DNA of 62,167 nt from Thermoplasmata archaeon (lineage in GTDB: Archaea; Thermoplasmatota; Thermoplasmata; Lutacidiplasmatales; UBA184): the NCBI GenBank assembly GCA_030038655.1, contig JASHSP010000118.1, positions 1-62,167 of the forward strand, given 5' to 3'. Under the pieces are notes generated by a model. That model saw nothing but the letters and a program-made list of their open reading frames with translations. It made no database searches and was not told the origin of the DNA. Within the stretch, counting starts at the first letter, position 1; each line of letters opens with the position of its first letter. This document shows positions 1 through 8,520 of the stretch, piece after piece. Position numbers and translations under genes: made by a program.

Positions 1-1
1 G

Positions 2-1636
2 ATCGACCTCACCCTCCTCAACGACTGGGCGGGGAAGGTCTCGACGATCTCGCAGGGCCGGCTCGTCCTCGTGCCGCTGTCGGAGACGTTCACGCAGTTC
101 CTGCTGAGCCTGTCGGGACCGGACGAGGCGCCGATCGCGGCCGCGGTCGGCTTCGGATGGGCGCCGGACTACCCCGACCCGACGGACTACATGGCGCCGA
201 TGGGCGAGGCGAACGGCGACTACACGGCGCCGGACGCGTTCAGCGAGCAGGTCTTCACGCCGTCCGAGCAGAACAACACGAGCTGCGGCCACTTCGGCAT
301 CGGACCGACCGGGAACTACACCGACAACTACGCGAACCTGACCTACTGGGCGAACGAGGCGAACCAATCGGACCTCTCCGGAACCGCAGCGTTCGCGGAC
401 GACTGCCAGGGCGTCGCGTACTCCGTGGCGAACTACTGGATGATCTACACCGGATCCCTCGCGGCGGGACCAACCCGAATCCTGCAGTACAACCTCGAGG
501 AGCAGATCCTGAACCGGCTCGCGATGTACGTCTACAACGGCCAGTCGAACGAGCTCACGGGGTTCGCGCCGTGGATCGACAAGGCGTCGATCAACGAGAA
601 CCCGGTCATCGGCGGCGGCGGCGACTCGGTCTGGTTCCAAGTCCGGTACAACTCGTCGTTCAGCGCGGACTTCTCGGTCACGGTGAAGGAGTCCGGCCTG
701 CCGGCCGGCACCAGCTGGTCGGCGACCGTGGGCCTCACGACCCTGAGCGGGACCGGCACGTCGATCGCGTTCCCGGCGACGTTCGCCAACGGATCGTACA
801 ACTACAGCGTCTCCTTCGAGACCGGCTACAGCGTGGCGCCGTCGAACGGGTCCGTGGTGGTGACGGGGGCGGACGCGAGCCAGTCCGTGGTCTACACCGC
901 CTTCACGACCGCCTCCTCGAAGGTCTCCTTCAACGAGACGGGCCTCCCCTCGAACACCAGCTGGTCGGTCCTGGTCCCCGGGTACGGTGCCGTGACGTCG
1001 GGGAACCCCACCGAGACGTTCACGCTGCCCGACCACGCGAAGTACCCCTACTCGGCCAGCCTGGTCGTGGGCTTCCTGACGCCGGCGCCCGGGAACGTGA
1101 CCGTGGTCGCCGCGCCGGCGTTCACGGTCCTGAACTACACCTGGCTCGTCGCCCCGAACTACGCGCTGACGTTCACCGAGTCGGGGCTGCCCGCCGGCAC
1201 GAGCTGGTCGGCCACGATCGGCCCGACCGCGTCGGCGTACACGGCCGCGGTCTCGAGCGTGAACCTCACGCTGTACGAGCCGAACGGCACCTACGCGGTG
1301 CAGCTCACGTTCCCGACAGGGTACGTCTCCCCGACGAGCCCCGTCAAGGTGGTCGTGAGCGGCGCGAACGTGACGCTCCTCGTCGTGACCAGTCCGATCA
1401 AGACGCCCCCGGCCCCCGCCGCGGCGTCCCCGGCCTGGACGTACCTGAGCACGCTCGCCTACGCGTTGATCGGAGTCCTCGCGCTGCTCGCGATCGTGGG
1501 ATTCCTGCTCGCCGCGCGCCGCAAGCCTCCCGCGTCCCCGCCGGAGTCGTGGATGGAGGGAGGGAAGCAGCCGGATTCCTCGACCGGTGAGTCCTCACCG
1601 GCCGACGAGGAGGCCCCGCCGCCCCCGACGAACTAG
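2..1636 (+). CDS. Membrane-anchored surface glycoprotein, 5' partial: family-5 solute-binding-protein-like region, three Ig-like repeats and a C-terminal TM anchor
   Basis: The frame is open from the left window edge (no stop before the track start at 71), so the N-terminus is missing. The translation contains GFGWAPDYPDPTDYM (family-5 SBP-like signature). It then has three ~80-aa repeats opening with ESGLPAGTSWS / ETGLPSNTSWS and many N-x-S/T sequons. A hydrophobic helix YLSTLAYALIGVLALLAIVGFLLAA is followed by RRK and a Pro/Glu-rich tail. Confidence 0.75.
   Translation: MDLTLLNDWAGKVSTISQGRLVLVPLSETFTQFLLSLSGPDEAPIAAAVGFGWAPDYPDPTDYMAPMGEANGDYTAPDAFSEQVFTPSEQNNTSCGHFGIGPTGNYTDNYANLTYWANEANQSDLSGTAAFADDCQGVAYSVANYWMIYTGSLAAGPTRILQYNLEEQILNRLAMYVYNGQSNELTGFAPWIDKASINENPVIGGGGDSVWFQVRYNSSFSADFSVTVKESGLPAGTSWSATVGLTTLSGTGTSIAFPATFANGSYNYSVSFETGYSVAPSNGSVVVTGADASQSVVYTAFTTASSKVSFNETGLPSNTSWSVLVPGYGAVTSGNPTETFTLPDHAKYPYSASLVVGFLTPAPGNVTVVAAPAFTVLNYTWLVAPNYALTFTESGLPAGTSWSATIGPTASAYTAAVSSVNLTLYEPNGTYAVQLTFPTGYVSPTSPVKVVVSGANVTLLVVTSPIKTPPAPAAASPAWTYLSTLAYALIGVLALLAIVGFLLAARRKPPASPPESWMEGGKQPDSSTGESSPADEEAPPPPTN
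671..1393 (+). repeat. Three tandem in-frame ~80-codon repeats (ESGLPxGTSWS module) inside the surface protein gene
   Basis: The copies lie at about 671-916, 920-1156 and 1160-1393. Copies 1 and 3 begin (K/T)ESGLPAGTSWSAT(V/I)G and share the nucleotide string agctggtcggc. Copy 2 begins NETGLPSNTSWSVLV. Each ends in a beta-rich V-x-V-x stretch. Confidence 0.7.
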
Positions 1637-1691
1637 AGAGCCCAACACGCCCCCGCGGGCGATTCCCGCGGGGGCGCGAACCCGTTCCCCC

Positions 1692-2033
1692 CTACAGGAG
1701 CGGCAGTCGTCCCGTGATCGGGTCGAGCCGCGAGCTGGGCGCCGGACCCAGTCCGAGGCAGGTCCGGGTCCCCGGGGGGACCTCGGTGAACCCGGCGTCC
1801 TCGACCCAGACGGTCGGGATACCGGCCGACCGCGCCTGTCGTTGCACGGCCTCCATCTCGGCCAGGGTGGGGACCTCGAGCGCGACCTTCATCTGACCTT
1901 CCGCGAGCCAGGTCTCGAGCTCGCGCTGGCCGTGGCTTTCGGCCTGGCGTACGAGCAGCACCGCGGCGTGCGCCGCCTGGACCGCCGACTTGCCCGCGGT
2001 CAGTCGGAGCTCGCCCCGGACGATCAGGACCAT
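1692..2033 (-). CDS. pth2: Peptidyl-tRNA hydrolase, archaeal/eukaryotic type (Pth2)
   Basis: A 113-aa protein starts at the internal ATG at 2033 (aa 88 of the 200-aa track ORF; the upstream part is Arg/Gly junk). MVLIVRGELRLTAGKSAVQAAHAAV...VWVEDAGFTEVPPGTRTCLGLGP matches the Pth2 family in length and motifs as I recognise them. Confidence 0.9.
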   Translation of the reverse strand: MVLIVRGELRLTAGKSAVQAAHAAVLLVRQAESHGQRELETWLAEGQMKVALEVPTLAEMEAVQRQARSAGIPTVWVEDAGFTEVPPGTRTCLGLGPAPSSRLDPITGRLPLL

Positions 2034-2064
2034 CTTGTGGGTCGCGGGGTTGCCGCGGCCGCGG

Positions 2065-2601
2065 TTAGAGGTCGTACTCGGCCTCCCGCCGCGCCTCGAG
2101 CGCACGGACCTCCGTCCGGACCTCCTCCAGCCGTCGCTCGAGCTCCCCGGTAGCGGTCGGGTCCGTCCTCGACCGCGCGAGGTCGCGCCGGAGGCGACGT
2201 TCCTCGCGGCCCAGCCGGTCCAGCTCGCGCGTGAGCTCCCAGACCCCCTCCGTCCCGGGCTCCAGGGGTGCGGGTGTAGGTGGTACGGAGGCATACGACC
2301 CCTCGACGAGGCCCACGACGAAAGCGACCGCCGCGATCGCAGCCAGGCACGCCTCGAGGAGCGGATCGGACCACGCGGCCGAGAAGCCCCCCGGGGAGAA
2401 CCGGAGGAGGCCGAAGCCGACGAGGACCGTCAGGACGACGCTCAGCGTGAACGACAGGGTCACCGTCTCGAGCGCCCCGCGCAGCCCCTCGGGTCCTCGG
2501 ATACGGAGCCGTGGGAAGGTGGCCCGGGTCACGGCGTACCCCGGGACGAAGAAGAGGAGGGCACCCCCCACGATCGCCTCGGGCGCCGCGAGGAGGTTCA
2601 T
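2065..2601 (-). CDS. Membrane protein (DUF1616-like N-terminus) with C-terminal coiled coil
   Basis: The start is taken at the internal ATG at 2601 (aa 31 of the track ORF), just after the srp54 stop at 2615. The sequence is MNLLAAPEAIVGGALLFFVPGYAV, then two more hydrophobic helices, then a charged helical tail (ELTRELDRLGREERRLRRDL...EVRALEARREAE). Confidence 0.6.
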   Translation of the reverse strand: MNLLAAPEAIVGGALLFFVPGYAVTRATFPRLRIRGPEGLRGALETVTLSFTLSVVLTVLVGFGLLRFSPGGFSAAWSDPLLEACLAAIAAVAFVVGLVEGSYASVPPTPAPLEPGTEGVWELTRELDRLGREERRLRRDLARSRTDPTATGELERRLEEVRTEVRALEARREAEYDL

Positions 2602-2614
2602 CGGGTCCGGGTGC

Positions 2615-3955
2615 TCATTCCGGGGTGCCTCCGGAGGTCCCGAGCTGGTGCTCGAGCTGCCGCCGGAGCCGGCGGTTCGAGACGAGGCCATGGGCGGACT
2701 TGCGCGTCAGCTCGTACTGTTTCAGGAGGGCGCGGACCTCGTGGGCCGGCTGGCCGCTCCCGCGTGCGATCCGGTGGATCCGCTCGGACTTGATGATCCC
2801 CGCGTCGGACAGTTCGGCGGGGGTCAGCGAGTCGAGGATCGACCGGAACCGAAGGAGGCGTCGCTGCGAGTCCTCCAGCTGCTTGTCGTCCAGCTTCGCG
2901 GCGCCGAAGAGCGGGAACATCGACATGACCTTCGAGAACGGGCCCATCTGGCCGAGCGAATCGAGCTGCGAGCGCATGTCGCGCAGGGTGAACCGCCCGG
3001 ACATGAGGTGCTTCGCGGCCTCCTCGGCCGCCTCCTTGTTCGAGAGCTCCTCGAACCGCTCGAGGAGGGTCTGTATGTCCCCCATCCCGAGCAGCCGGGA
3101 AACGAACCGGGTCGGCTCAAATCGTTCGAGCTCCTCCAGGTGCTCGCCCGTCCCGAGGAAGACGATCGGCGCCCCGCTCACGGCGACGGCCGAGAGCGCG
3201 CCGCCGCCCTTGGCGGAGCCGTCGAGCTTCGTGAGGATGACGCCGTTGAGCCCGACCGCCTTGTGGAACGCCTCGGCGCTCCGCCCCGCCGCCTGGCCCA
3301 TCGCGGCGTCCAGTACGAGGAGCACCTCGTCGGGCTGGAGGACCGCCTTGACGCGCTTCAGTTCCTCGATCAGCTCGGCGTCGATCCCGCTGCGGCCGGC
3401 GGTATCCACGATCACCGCAACGTGGGCCGGCAGGGAGGCGAGCGCGGCCCGAACGATCTCCTCGGCCTTCCGCTGGGTCCGGTCGGCGTAGAAGTCGGCA
3501 CCGATCTTCTTCGAGAGCTGTTCCAGCTGGTCGATCGCGGCAGGGCGGTGCACGTCCGCCGCGACGAGGGCGACGCGGACCCCCTTCTTCTGGAGGTACC
3601 GGGCCAGCTTCGCCGCGGTCGTCGTCTTGCCCTGGCCGAACAGGCCGGCCAGCAGGATCCTCTTCGGCTTGGCGTCGAACGGGCGGTCCTTGCCGAGGAT
3701 CCCCCGGATCTCCTCGTAGATGATCCGGACGAGGAAGTCGCGGAGGCTCGCTCCGGCCGGCGGCTTCTCCTCGGTCGCCCGCCGGCGGACCCGCTGGGTC
3801 AGGTCGATCGTCAGCTGGACGTTGACGTCCGCCTGGAGTAGGGCCCGCTGGATGTCCCGGACGACCTCGGAGAGCAGCGCCTCGTCCACGACCGAGCCGC
3901 GGGCGATCTTCTGGAGGACGCCGCGCAGCGATTTCCCGAGCGAATCCAGAACCAT
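2615..3955 (-). CDS. srp54: Signal recognition particle protein SRP54
   Basis: GTPase motifs GLFGQGKTTTAAKLA, DTAGR and TKLDG are present, with a Met-rich C-terminal M domain (GQMGPFSKVMSMFPLFG). An SD-like GAGGAGATC lies just upstream of the ATG. Confidence 0.95.
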   Translation of the reverse strand: MVLDSLGKSLRGVLQKIARGSVVDEALLSEVVRDIQRALLQADVNVQLTIDLTQRVRRRATEEKPPAGASLRDFLVRIIYEEIRGILGKDRPFDAKPKRILLAGLFGQGKTTTAAKLARYLQKKGVRVALVAADVHRPAAIDQLEQLSKKIGADFYADRTQRKAEEIVRAALASLPAHVAVIVDTAGRSGIDAELIEELKRVKAVLQPDEVLLVLDAAMGQAAGRSAEAFHKAVGLNGVILTKLDGSAKGGGALSAVAVSGAPIVFLGTGEHLEELERFEPTRFVSRLLGMGDIQTLLERFEELSNKEAAEEAAKHLMSGRFTLRDMRSQLDSLGQMGPFSKVMSMFPLFGAAKLDDKQLEDSQRRLLRFRSILDSLTPAELSDAGIIKSERIHRIARGSGQPAHEVRALLKQYELTRKSAHGLVSNRRLRRQLEHQLGTSGGTPE

Positions 3956-4059
3956 CCCGATCTCCTCGCGGGCGGCCGTCCGGCGACACCGGCGCCCCTA
4001 TATCTCGGGCGCGGGGGAGGCGTCCCGGCCCCGTGCGGCCCGCGGCGGTCGGCGCGGAC

Positions 4060-4078
4060 GATAAACCTCTTAAGAACC
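4060..4078 (+). promoter_or_regulatory. TATA-like box upstream of the gltD-like gene
   Basis: gataaacctcttaagaacc is the only AT-rich patch in the spacer. It ends 16 nt before the GTG at 4094, which suggests a leaderless or near-leaderless mRNA. Confidence 0.4.
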
Positions 4079-4093
4079 GGACGGGCTCGAATC

Positions 4094-5578
4094 GTGCTGC
4101 TCATGTCGCCGGAGACGACCGCGCCCGCAAAGGCGCCGGCCCCCCCGAAACCGACGCCCCCGAAGCTCAACCCGGTGCGCGTGCCAATCCCCGAAGAGCC
4201 GGTGGCCGAACGAACGACGGACTTCCGCGAGGTTCTCCACGCGTACTCGAAGGAGGAGGCGATCCTCGAGGCGAAGCGGTGCATCCAGTGCCGGCGGCCG
4301 TGGTGCGTCGAGGCCTGCCCGATAACCCAGGACTGCCGCGAGTACATCCGCCTCATCGCCGCGGACGATTTTGACGGGGCCGCCCGAGTCACGCTGCGCG
4401 AGAACCCGCTCTCCACCTGCCTCTGCAAGGTCTGCTACCACTACTGCGAGGAGTCGTGCGTGATCACGAAGAAGGGGGTCCCGATCGCGATCCGGCACCT
4501 GAAGCGTGCCGCGCTCGACTTCGGCAAGAGCGACCTCGTGTACGTACCCTCGAAGCCGAAGGGCCAGCGGGTCGCGGTCGTGGGCGGCGGGCCGGCCGGG
4601 ATGATGGCCGCGTGGGAGCTCGGCGTGCGCGGCTACGCGGTCACCGTCTTCGAGCAGGAGCCCCGCGTGGGCGGCCTGATGCAGACGATCCCCGCGTACC
4701 GCATGACGGACGACGACGTGCAGACCGACCGCGCGCGCTTCCAGGACCTGGACGTCACGTTCGTCGACGCCACCAAGGTCGGCCAGGACATCAGCCTCGA
4801 ACGGCTGCGCAACGACGGCTACCAGGCCGTCCTGCTCACGGTCGGGACCCCGACCCACCGAACGCTCGGGGTCCCCGGCGAGAACCTTCCGGGAGTGCTC
4901 CCGGCGCTCCAGTTCCTCAAGGAGACGAACACCGGTCGCCCGCCGAGGGTCGGCCAGGAGATCGTGGTCGTGGGCGGTGGGGACGTCGCGATGGACTCCG
5001 TCCGGACCGCGCTCCGGGAGTCGAAGGGCGGTCGCGTGACCCTCGTCTACCGTCGCGGCCGGGAAGAGATGCCGGCCGACCCGGAGGAGGTCCACGGGGC
5101 CGAGAAGGAGGGGATCCGGTTCCTGTTCCAGCGCGCCCCGCTCCGGATCGTGGGGAACGGCATCGTGGAGGGCCTCGAGGTCCAGACGATGGAGCTTGGC
5201 CCGCCCGACGCGGGCGGCCGGCGGACGCCCGTGCCCGTCCCCGGATCCGAGGCCGTCGTCCGGTGCGACACGGTGATCGTCGCGGTCGGCCAGAAGGCGG
5301 ACCTCACGGGGTTCGGCCCCGACCTCGACCTCAAGATCACGTCGCAGGGCTGGCCCGAGGGGAAGGGATCCGGGTTCGAGACGGCCGTTCCCGGCGTCTT
5401 CGCCGCGGGGGGCCGGTCGGTGGTCTACGCGATGGGCGCCGCCACCGAGGCCGCGAACGCCATCGACGCCTACCTCTCGGCCAAGCGCGGGGAACCGACC
5501 GGTGCTCGGCCCGACCCGTTCGGCGGGCCGGAGACGTTCAAGCTCCCGGCCGGGTACACGACACCGATTAGGTCCTAA
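4094..5578 (+). CDS. GltD-family FAD/NAD(P)H oxidoreductase (glutamate synthase small-subunit-like) with N-terminal Fe-S cysteine clusters
   Basis: It contains CIQCRRPWCVEACP and CLCKVCYHYCEESC cysteine clusters. These are followed by VAVVGGGPAGMMAAWEL...FEQEPRVGGLM and a second dinucleotide fold, IVVVGGGDVAMDS. Confidence 0.85.
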   Translation: MLLMSPETTAPAKAPAPPKPTPPKLNPVRVPIPEEPVAERTTDFREVLHAYSKEEAILEAKRCIQCRRPWCVEACPITQDCREYIRLIAADDFDGAARVTLRENPLSTCLCKVCYHYCEESCVITKKGVPIAIRHLKRAALDFGKSDLVYVPSKPKGQRVAVVGGGPAGMMAAWELGVRGYAVTVFEQEPRVGGLMQTIPAYRMTDDDVQTDRARFQDLDVTFVDATKVGQDISLERLRNDGYQAVLLTVGTPTHRTLGVPGENLPGVLPALQFLKETNTGRPPRVGQEIVVVGGGDVAMDSVRTALRESKGGRVTLVYRRGREEMPADPEEVHGAEKEGIRFLFQRAPLRIVGNGIVEGLEVQTMELGPPDAGGRRTPVPVPGSEAVVRCDTVIVAVGQKADLTGFGPDLDLKITSQGWPEGKGSGFETAVPGVFAAGGRSVVYAMGAATEAANAIDAYLSAKRGEPTGARPDPFGGPETFKLPAGYTTPIRS

Positions 5579-5635
5579 CCGGCGCGTCGGCCGGCGGGCC
5601 GAAGGTATTTGTGCCGCCAGCGGCCCGTACCGGGC

Positions 5636-8497
5636 GTGCGGCGCTCGAAGCGGCCTCCGCTGCTCCGCACTCTCGCCGTCCTGACGCTCGGCGGGGTGCT
5701 CGTCGGCCTTCTGGGCACCGCCGCCGGCGCACCACCGCACGGTACGGGCTCCGCCCCGGCCGCGGCCGTACCCTCGCCGCCCGACTTTGCGGCCCGCGCC
5801 GGCTACCAGGCCGGGCTATCCTCCCAGCTCACGGGGTCCCGCACCCCTTCCGGCCTCCTCCCCGTCGACGTGGTCTTTGAGCCCGCGGCGACCGGGGCCG
5901 GGACGCGGGCCGGATTGCTCACCGCGTCCGCGTACGCCGCGGAGTACGGCCCGTCCCCGTCAGCGTACGCCGGCGCGGCGCAGTACTTCCGAAGCGAGGG
6001 GCTGGTCGTCACCCACGAGTGGCCGGACCGCCTGACGATCTCGCTGGAGGGCAACGCCACGGCGGTCGACCGGGCGTTCGGCACGTCGCTGGTCGCCGGC
6101 GCCTACGACGGACGGCCGGTGATGCTCCCCTCCACCGCACCCTCCCTTCCCGCGTCGATCGAGGCCGACGTGGCCGGGGTGGTCGGGCTTTCGACCGGGT
6201 TCGAGACGTTCTCGATATCCCTCGCCCCGGTGCCGAGCGCCGGAGCGGACTCGGTCAAACCGTCGCAGGGGTCCGGCAACACGGTCTACCCGGGGATAGC
6301 CCGGGAGTACTACGGCCTCTCGGCATTCTACAACCTCACGGGGTCCCCCGTCTACCCGACCAACCAGTCGATCGCGCTCATCCTGTGGGGTCAGGGGTAT
6401 TCTCCGAGCGACATCCAGACGTTCTTCGAGGACGACTACGGGGCGGGCTTCCCGGCGGCCCATGTCGTTCCGTACCCGGTGGACGGGGCGCCGTATCCGG
6501 ACGACTCCGCGCCGGGGTCCGCGGACCGCTCCGACGTCGAGGAGATGACGCTCGACATCGAGTGGTCGGGCTCGGCCGCCCCGGGGGCCACCCTGGACGC
6601 CGTCTACGCGCCCAACGGCTCGGCTCCCTCGTACTCGCCCTCGACCGCGGACCTGACGGACGCCTTCGAGACGGCCCTCTCGCTGTCGAACGTGAGCGTG
6701 ATCTCGATGTCGTTCGGGGTCGGGGAGGCCGGCGACCAGTCGCTGCGATCGGCGTGGACGCCCCTCCTCGGCGAGGCGGCCAGCCGGGGGATCACCGTGC
6801 TCGCCGCCTCCGGAGATTTCGGCGGCGACGCCGACCCCAGCTGCTCGGGCGGAACCTCCGTGGAGTACCCCTCCTCGTCACCGGAGGTCCTGGCGGTCGG
6901 CGGGACCGACGTGACGTTGTCCCGGTCGCCCCTGGGCCAGGTGACGGGGTTCAACGAGACCGCCTGGAACGGAAGCGGCGGCGGCTACTCGGCCCAGTTC
7001 TCGGCGCCGAGCTGGCAGGAGGTCGGCAGCGCCGCCGGACCGATCGAGTCGAACGGCAGCCATCGGGGCGTACCGGATGTCGCCGCGAGCGCCGGAGACG
7101 ACTTCCTCTACTTCGACGGCGCGGATATGCAGGCGGCGGGAACGAGCTTCGCGACGCCGTTCTGGGCCGGCCTCGTGGCCGAGATGGACCAGCAGTACGG
7201 CAAGCCGCTCGGCTGGATCCTCCCCCAGATCTACCACGTCGGAGCGAGCCAGCCGTCGGGCCAGATCGGGATCGGGCTCGTTCCCATCGACGGCGGAGGG
7301 AACTGTGTCGCCACGGCGACCGGAGGGTGGAGCGCCGTGACCGGCTGGGGGTCCCCCCGGGCGATCCTTCTCTACGAGGACCTGGTCGGGTCGTACGTCA
7401 ACCTGTCGCTCGCGGTCGCGCCGACCACGGTGGCCCCCGGCGGCTCCGTTTCCGTGGACACGCAGCTGACCAACCGTACGACCGGCATCCCGATCGCCGA
7501 CACGACGGTCCGGATCGAGGCGGTCGCCGACACGACGATCGGACCCTGCACCGGCACCTTCTCCTCGGCCGCGCCGGAGACGAACGCCACCGGCTGGGTC
7601 CAGGCGCAGCTGTCGGTGCCGTTCTGCTACCTCGGGTCCCACGCGAACGTCACGGTCATCGTCACGACCGACCGGTTGTACGGGACCAACCAGACGACGA
7701 TCGCGGTCAATCTCCTCGGACTCTTCCCGGCGCTCGAGGCGATCGAGCAGGCCCCGTGGTCGTACGTCAGCTACGTCTCCATCATGGCGGTCGCGGTGGT
7801 CTCGGGGGCGTTGCTCGGACGACGGTCCCCTCGCCTGCCTCCGCCGGGGCCCTCCCGACCGGCCCGAGCCGGGACCCGCGGTCCGACCGGTGGGCCGGGC
7901 ACGCCGGTTGTCGTGCCGGCCGCGCCCGCTCCACCCGCGCCTCCCGGCGCCCCACCCGCAAACGTGCCCGCGGCTCCGACCCGTCCGCCACCCCCGCCGC
8001 CGCCCGCCCCGACGGGTGCGGAAGGGGTACGGTCCGCCGTCCCGTCCGGCGCTCCGGCGAGCCGGCCCGCCCCGATACCGGTGCCGGCGAACGAGATCCC
8101 CTATGCCCCTCGCGCGGCAGGGGTCGTGGAGGTTCCTCGCGTGACCCCGCTGCCCTCCCGACCCATGCCGGGCCGGCCCGCTCGGCCGCTGCGCTCCTCG
8201 TACCGCCCCGATTTCCCCGTCACCCGGGGGCCGTCCGCCGGAGGGCCCCCGCCGGCTCCGGGGGCCCCAGCCTCGACAGGCCGCACCGGCGCCCTACCCC
8301 CGCTCGCGAAGCTGCCTTCCCCGTCGCACGGTGAGCGAAGGACGATACGGGCCGCCTCCGCCGGGGCCGGCCCCCCGTCGGCACCGACGGCGGGCCCGGT
8401 CCCGTCGGGGGCGTCGTTGACCCCATCGCCCGCGGCCGGGCCCACGACGCCGCCGGCGCACCGCCGACCGCCGCCGGAAAACACCCAAAACCCTTAA
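5636..8497 (+). CDS. Secreted S53 (sedolisin/kumamolisin-type) serine peptidase with Ig-like domain, C-terminal TM helix and long Pro-rich tail
   Basis: It has a pro-kumamolisin-like propeptide (AEYGPSPSAYAGAAQYFRSEGLVVTHEWPDRLTISLEG), EEMTLDIEWSGSAAPGA, and the catalytic-Ser context AAGTSFATPFWAGL. The start is placed at the GTG at 5636 (MRRSKRPPLLRTLAVLTLGG signal peptide), 29 nt after the ggtatttg box; the track start TTG 5609 is possible. TM helix YVSIMAVAVVSGALLG is followed by ~230 aa of P/A/G/R-rich sequence. Confidence 0.85.
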   Translation: MRRSKRPPLLRTLAVLTLGGVLVGLLGTAAGAPPHGTGSAPAAAVPSPPDFAARAGYQAGLSSQLTGSRTPSGLLPVDVVFEPAATGAGTRAGLLTASAYAAEYGPSPSAYAGAAQYFRSEGLVVTHEWPDRLTISLEGNATAVDRAFGTSLVAGAYDGRPVMLPSTAPSLPASIEADVAGVVGLSTGFETFSISLAPVPSAGADSVKPSQGSGNTVYPGIAREYYGLSAFYNLTGSPVYPTNQSIALILWGQGYSPSDIQTFFEDDYGAGFPAAHVVPYPVDGAPYPDDSAPGSADRSDVEEMTLDIEWSGSAAPGATLDAVYAPNGSAPSYSPSTADLTDAFETALSLSNVSVISMSFGVGEAGDQSLRSAWTPLLGEAASRGITVLAASGDFGGDADPSCSGGTSVEYPSSSPEVLAVGGTDVTLSRSPLGQVTGFNETAWNGSGGGYSAQFSAPSWQEVGSAAGPIESNGSHRGVPDVAASAGDDFLYFDGADMQAAGTSFATPFWAGLVAEMDQQYGKPLGWILPQIYHVGASQPSGQIGIGLVPIDGGGNCVATATGGWSAVTGWGSPRAILLYEDLVGSYVNLSLAVAPTTVAPGGSVSVDTQLTNRTTGIPIADTTVRIEAVADTTIGPCTGTFSSAAPETNATGWVQAQLSVPFCYLGSHANVTVIVTTDRLYGTNQTTIAVNLLGLFPALEAIEQAPWSYVSYVSIMAVAVVSGALLGRRSPRLPPPGPSRPARAGTRGPTGGPGTPVVVPAAPAPPAPPGAPPANVPAAPTRPPPPPPPAPTGAEGVRSAVPSGAPASRPAPIPVPANEIPYAPRAAGVVEVPRVTPLPSRPMPGRPARPLRSSYRPDFPVTRGPSAGGPPPAPGAPASTGRTGALPPLAKLPSPSHGERRTIRAASAGAGPPSAPTAGPVPSGASLTPSPAAGPTTPPAHRRPPPENTQNP

Positions 8498-8500
8498 TCC
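8487..8500 (+). promoter_or_regulatory. TATA-like box of pheS, containing the TAA stop of the preceding gene
   Basis: aaaacccttaatcc ends 20 nt upstream of the GTG at 8521. The sedolisin TAA (8495-8497) lies inside it. Confidence 0.4.
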
Positions 8501-8520
8501 GGGGCCTCCCTCGCGGCGTC

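Noticed and set aside
4070-5740. A 556-aa minus-strand ORF opposite the gltD-like gene
   Set aside because: It is antisense to a gene with clear Fe-S and dinucleotide-binding motifs, and its translation is low complexity.
7860-8497. The Pro-rich tail of the sedolisin as evidence of a frameshift or a separate gene
   Set aside because: The frame is continuous from the catalytic domain through the TM helix to the TAA. No alternative start with a promoter box lies inside it. I therefore kept one ORF, though I cannot exclude a sequencing indel without reads.
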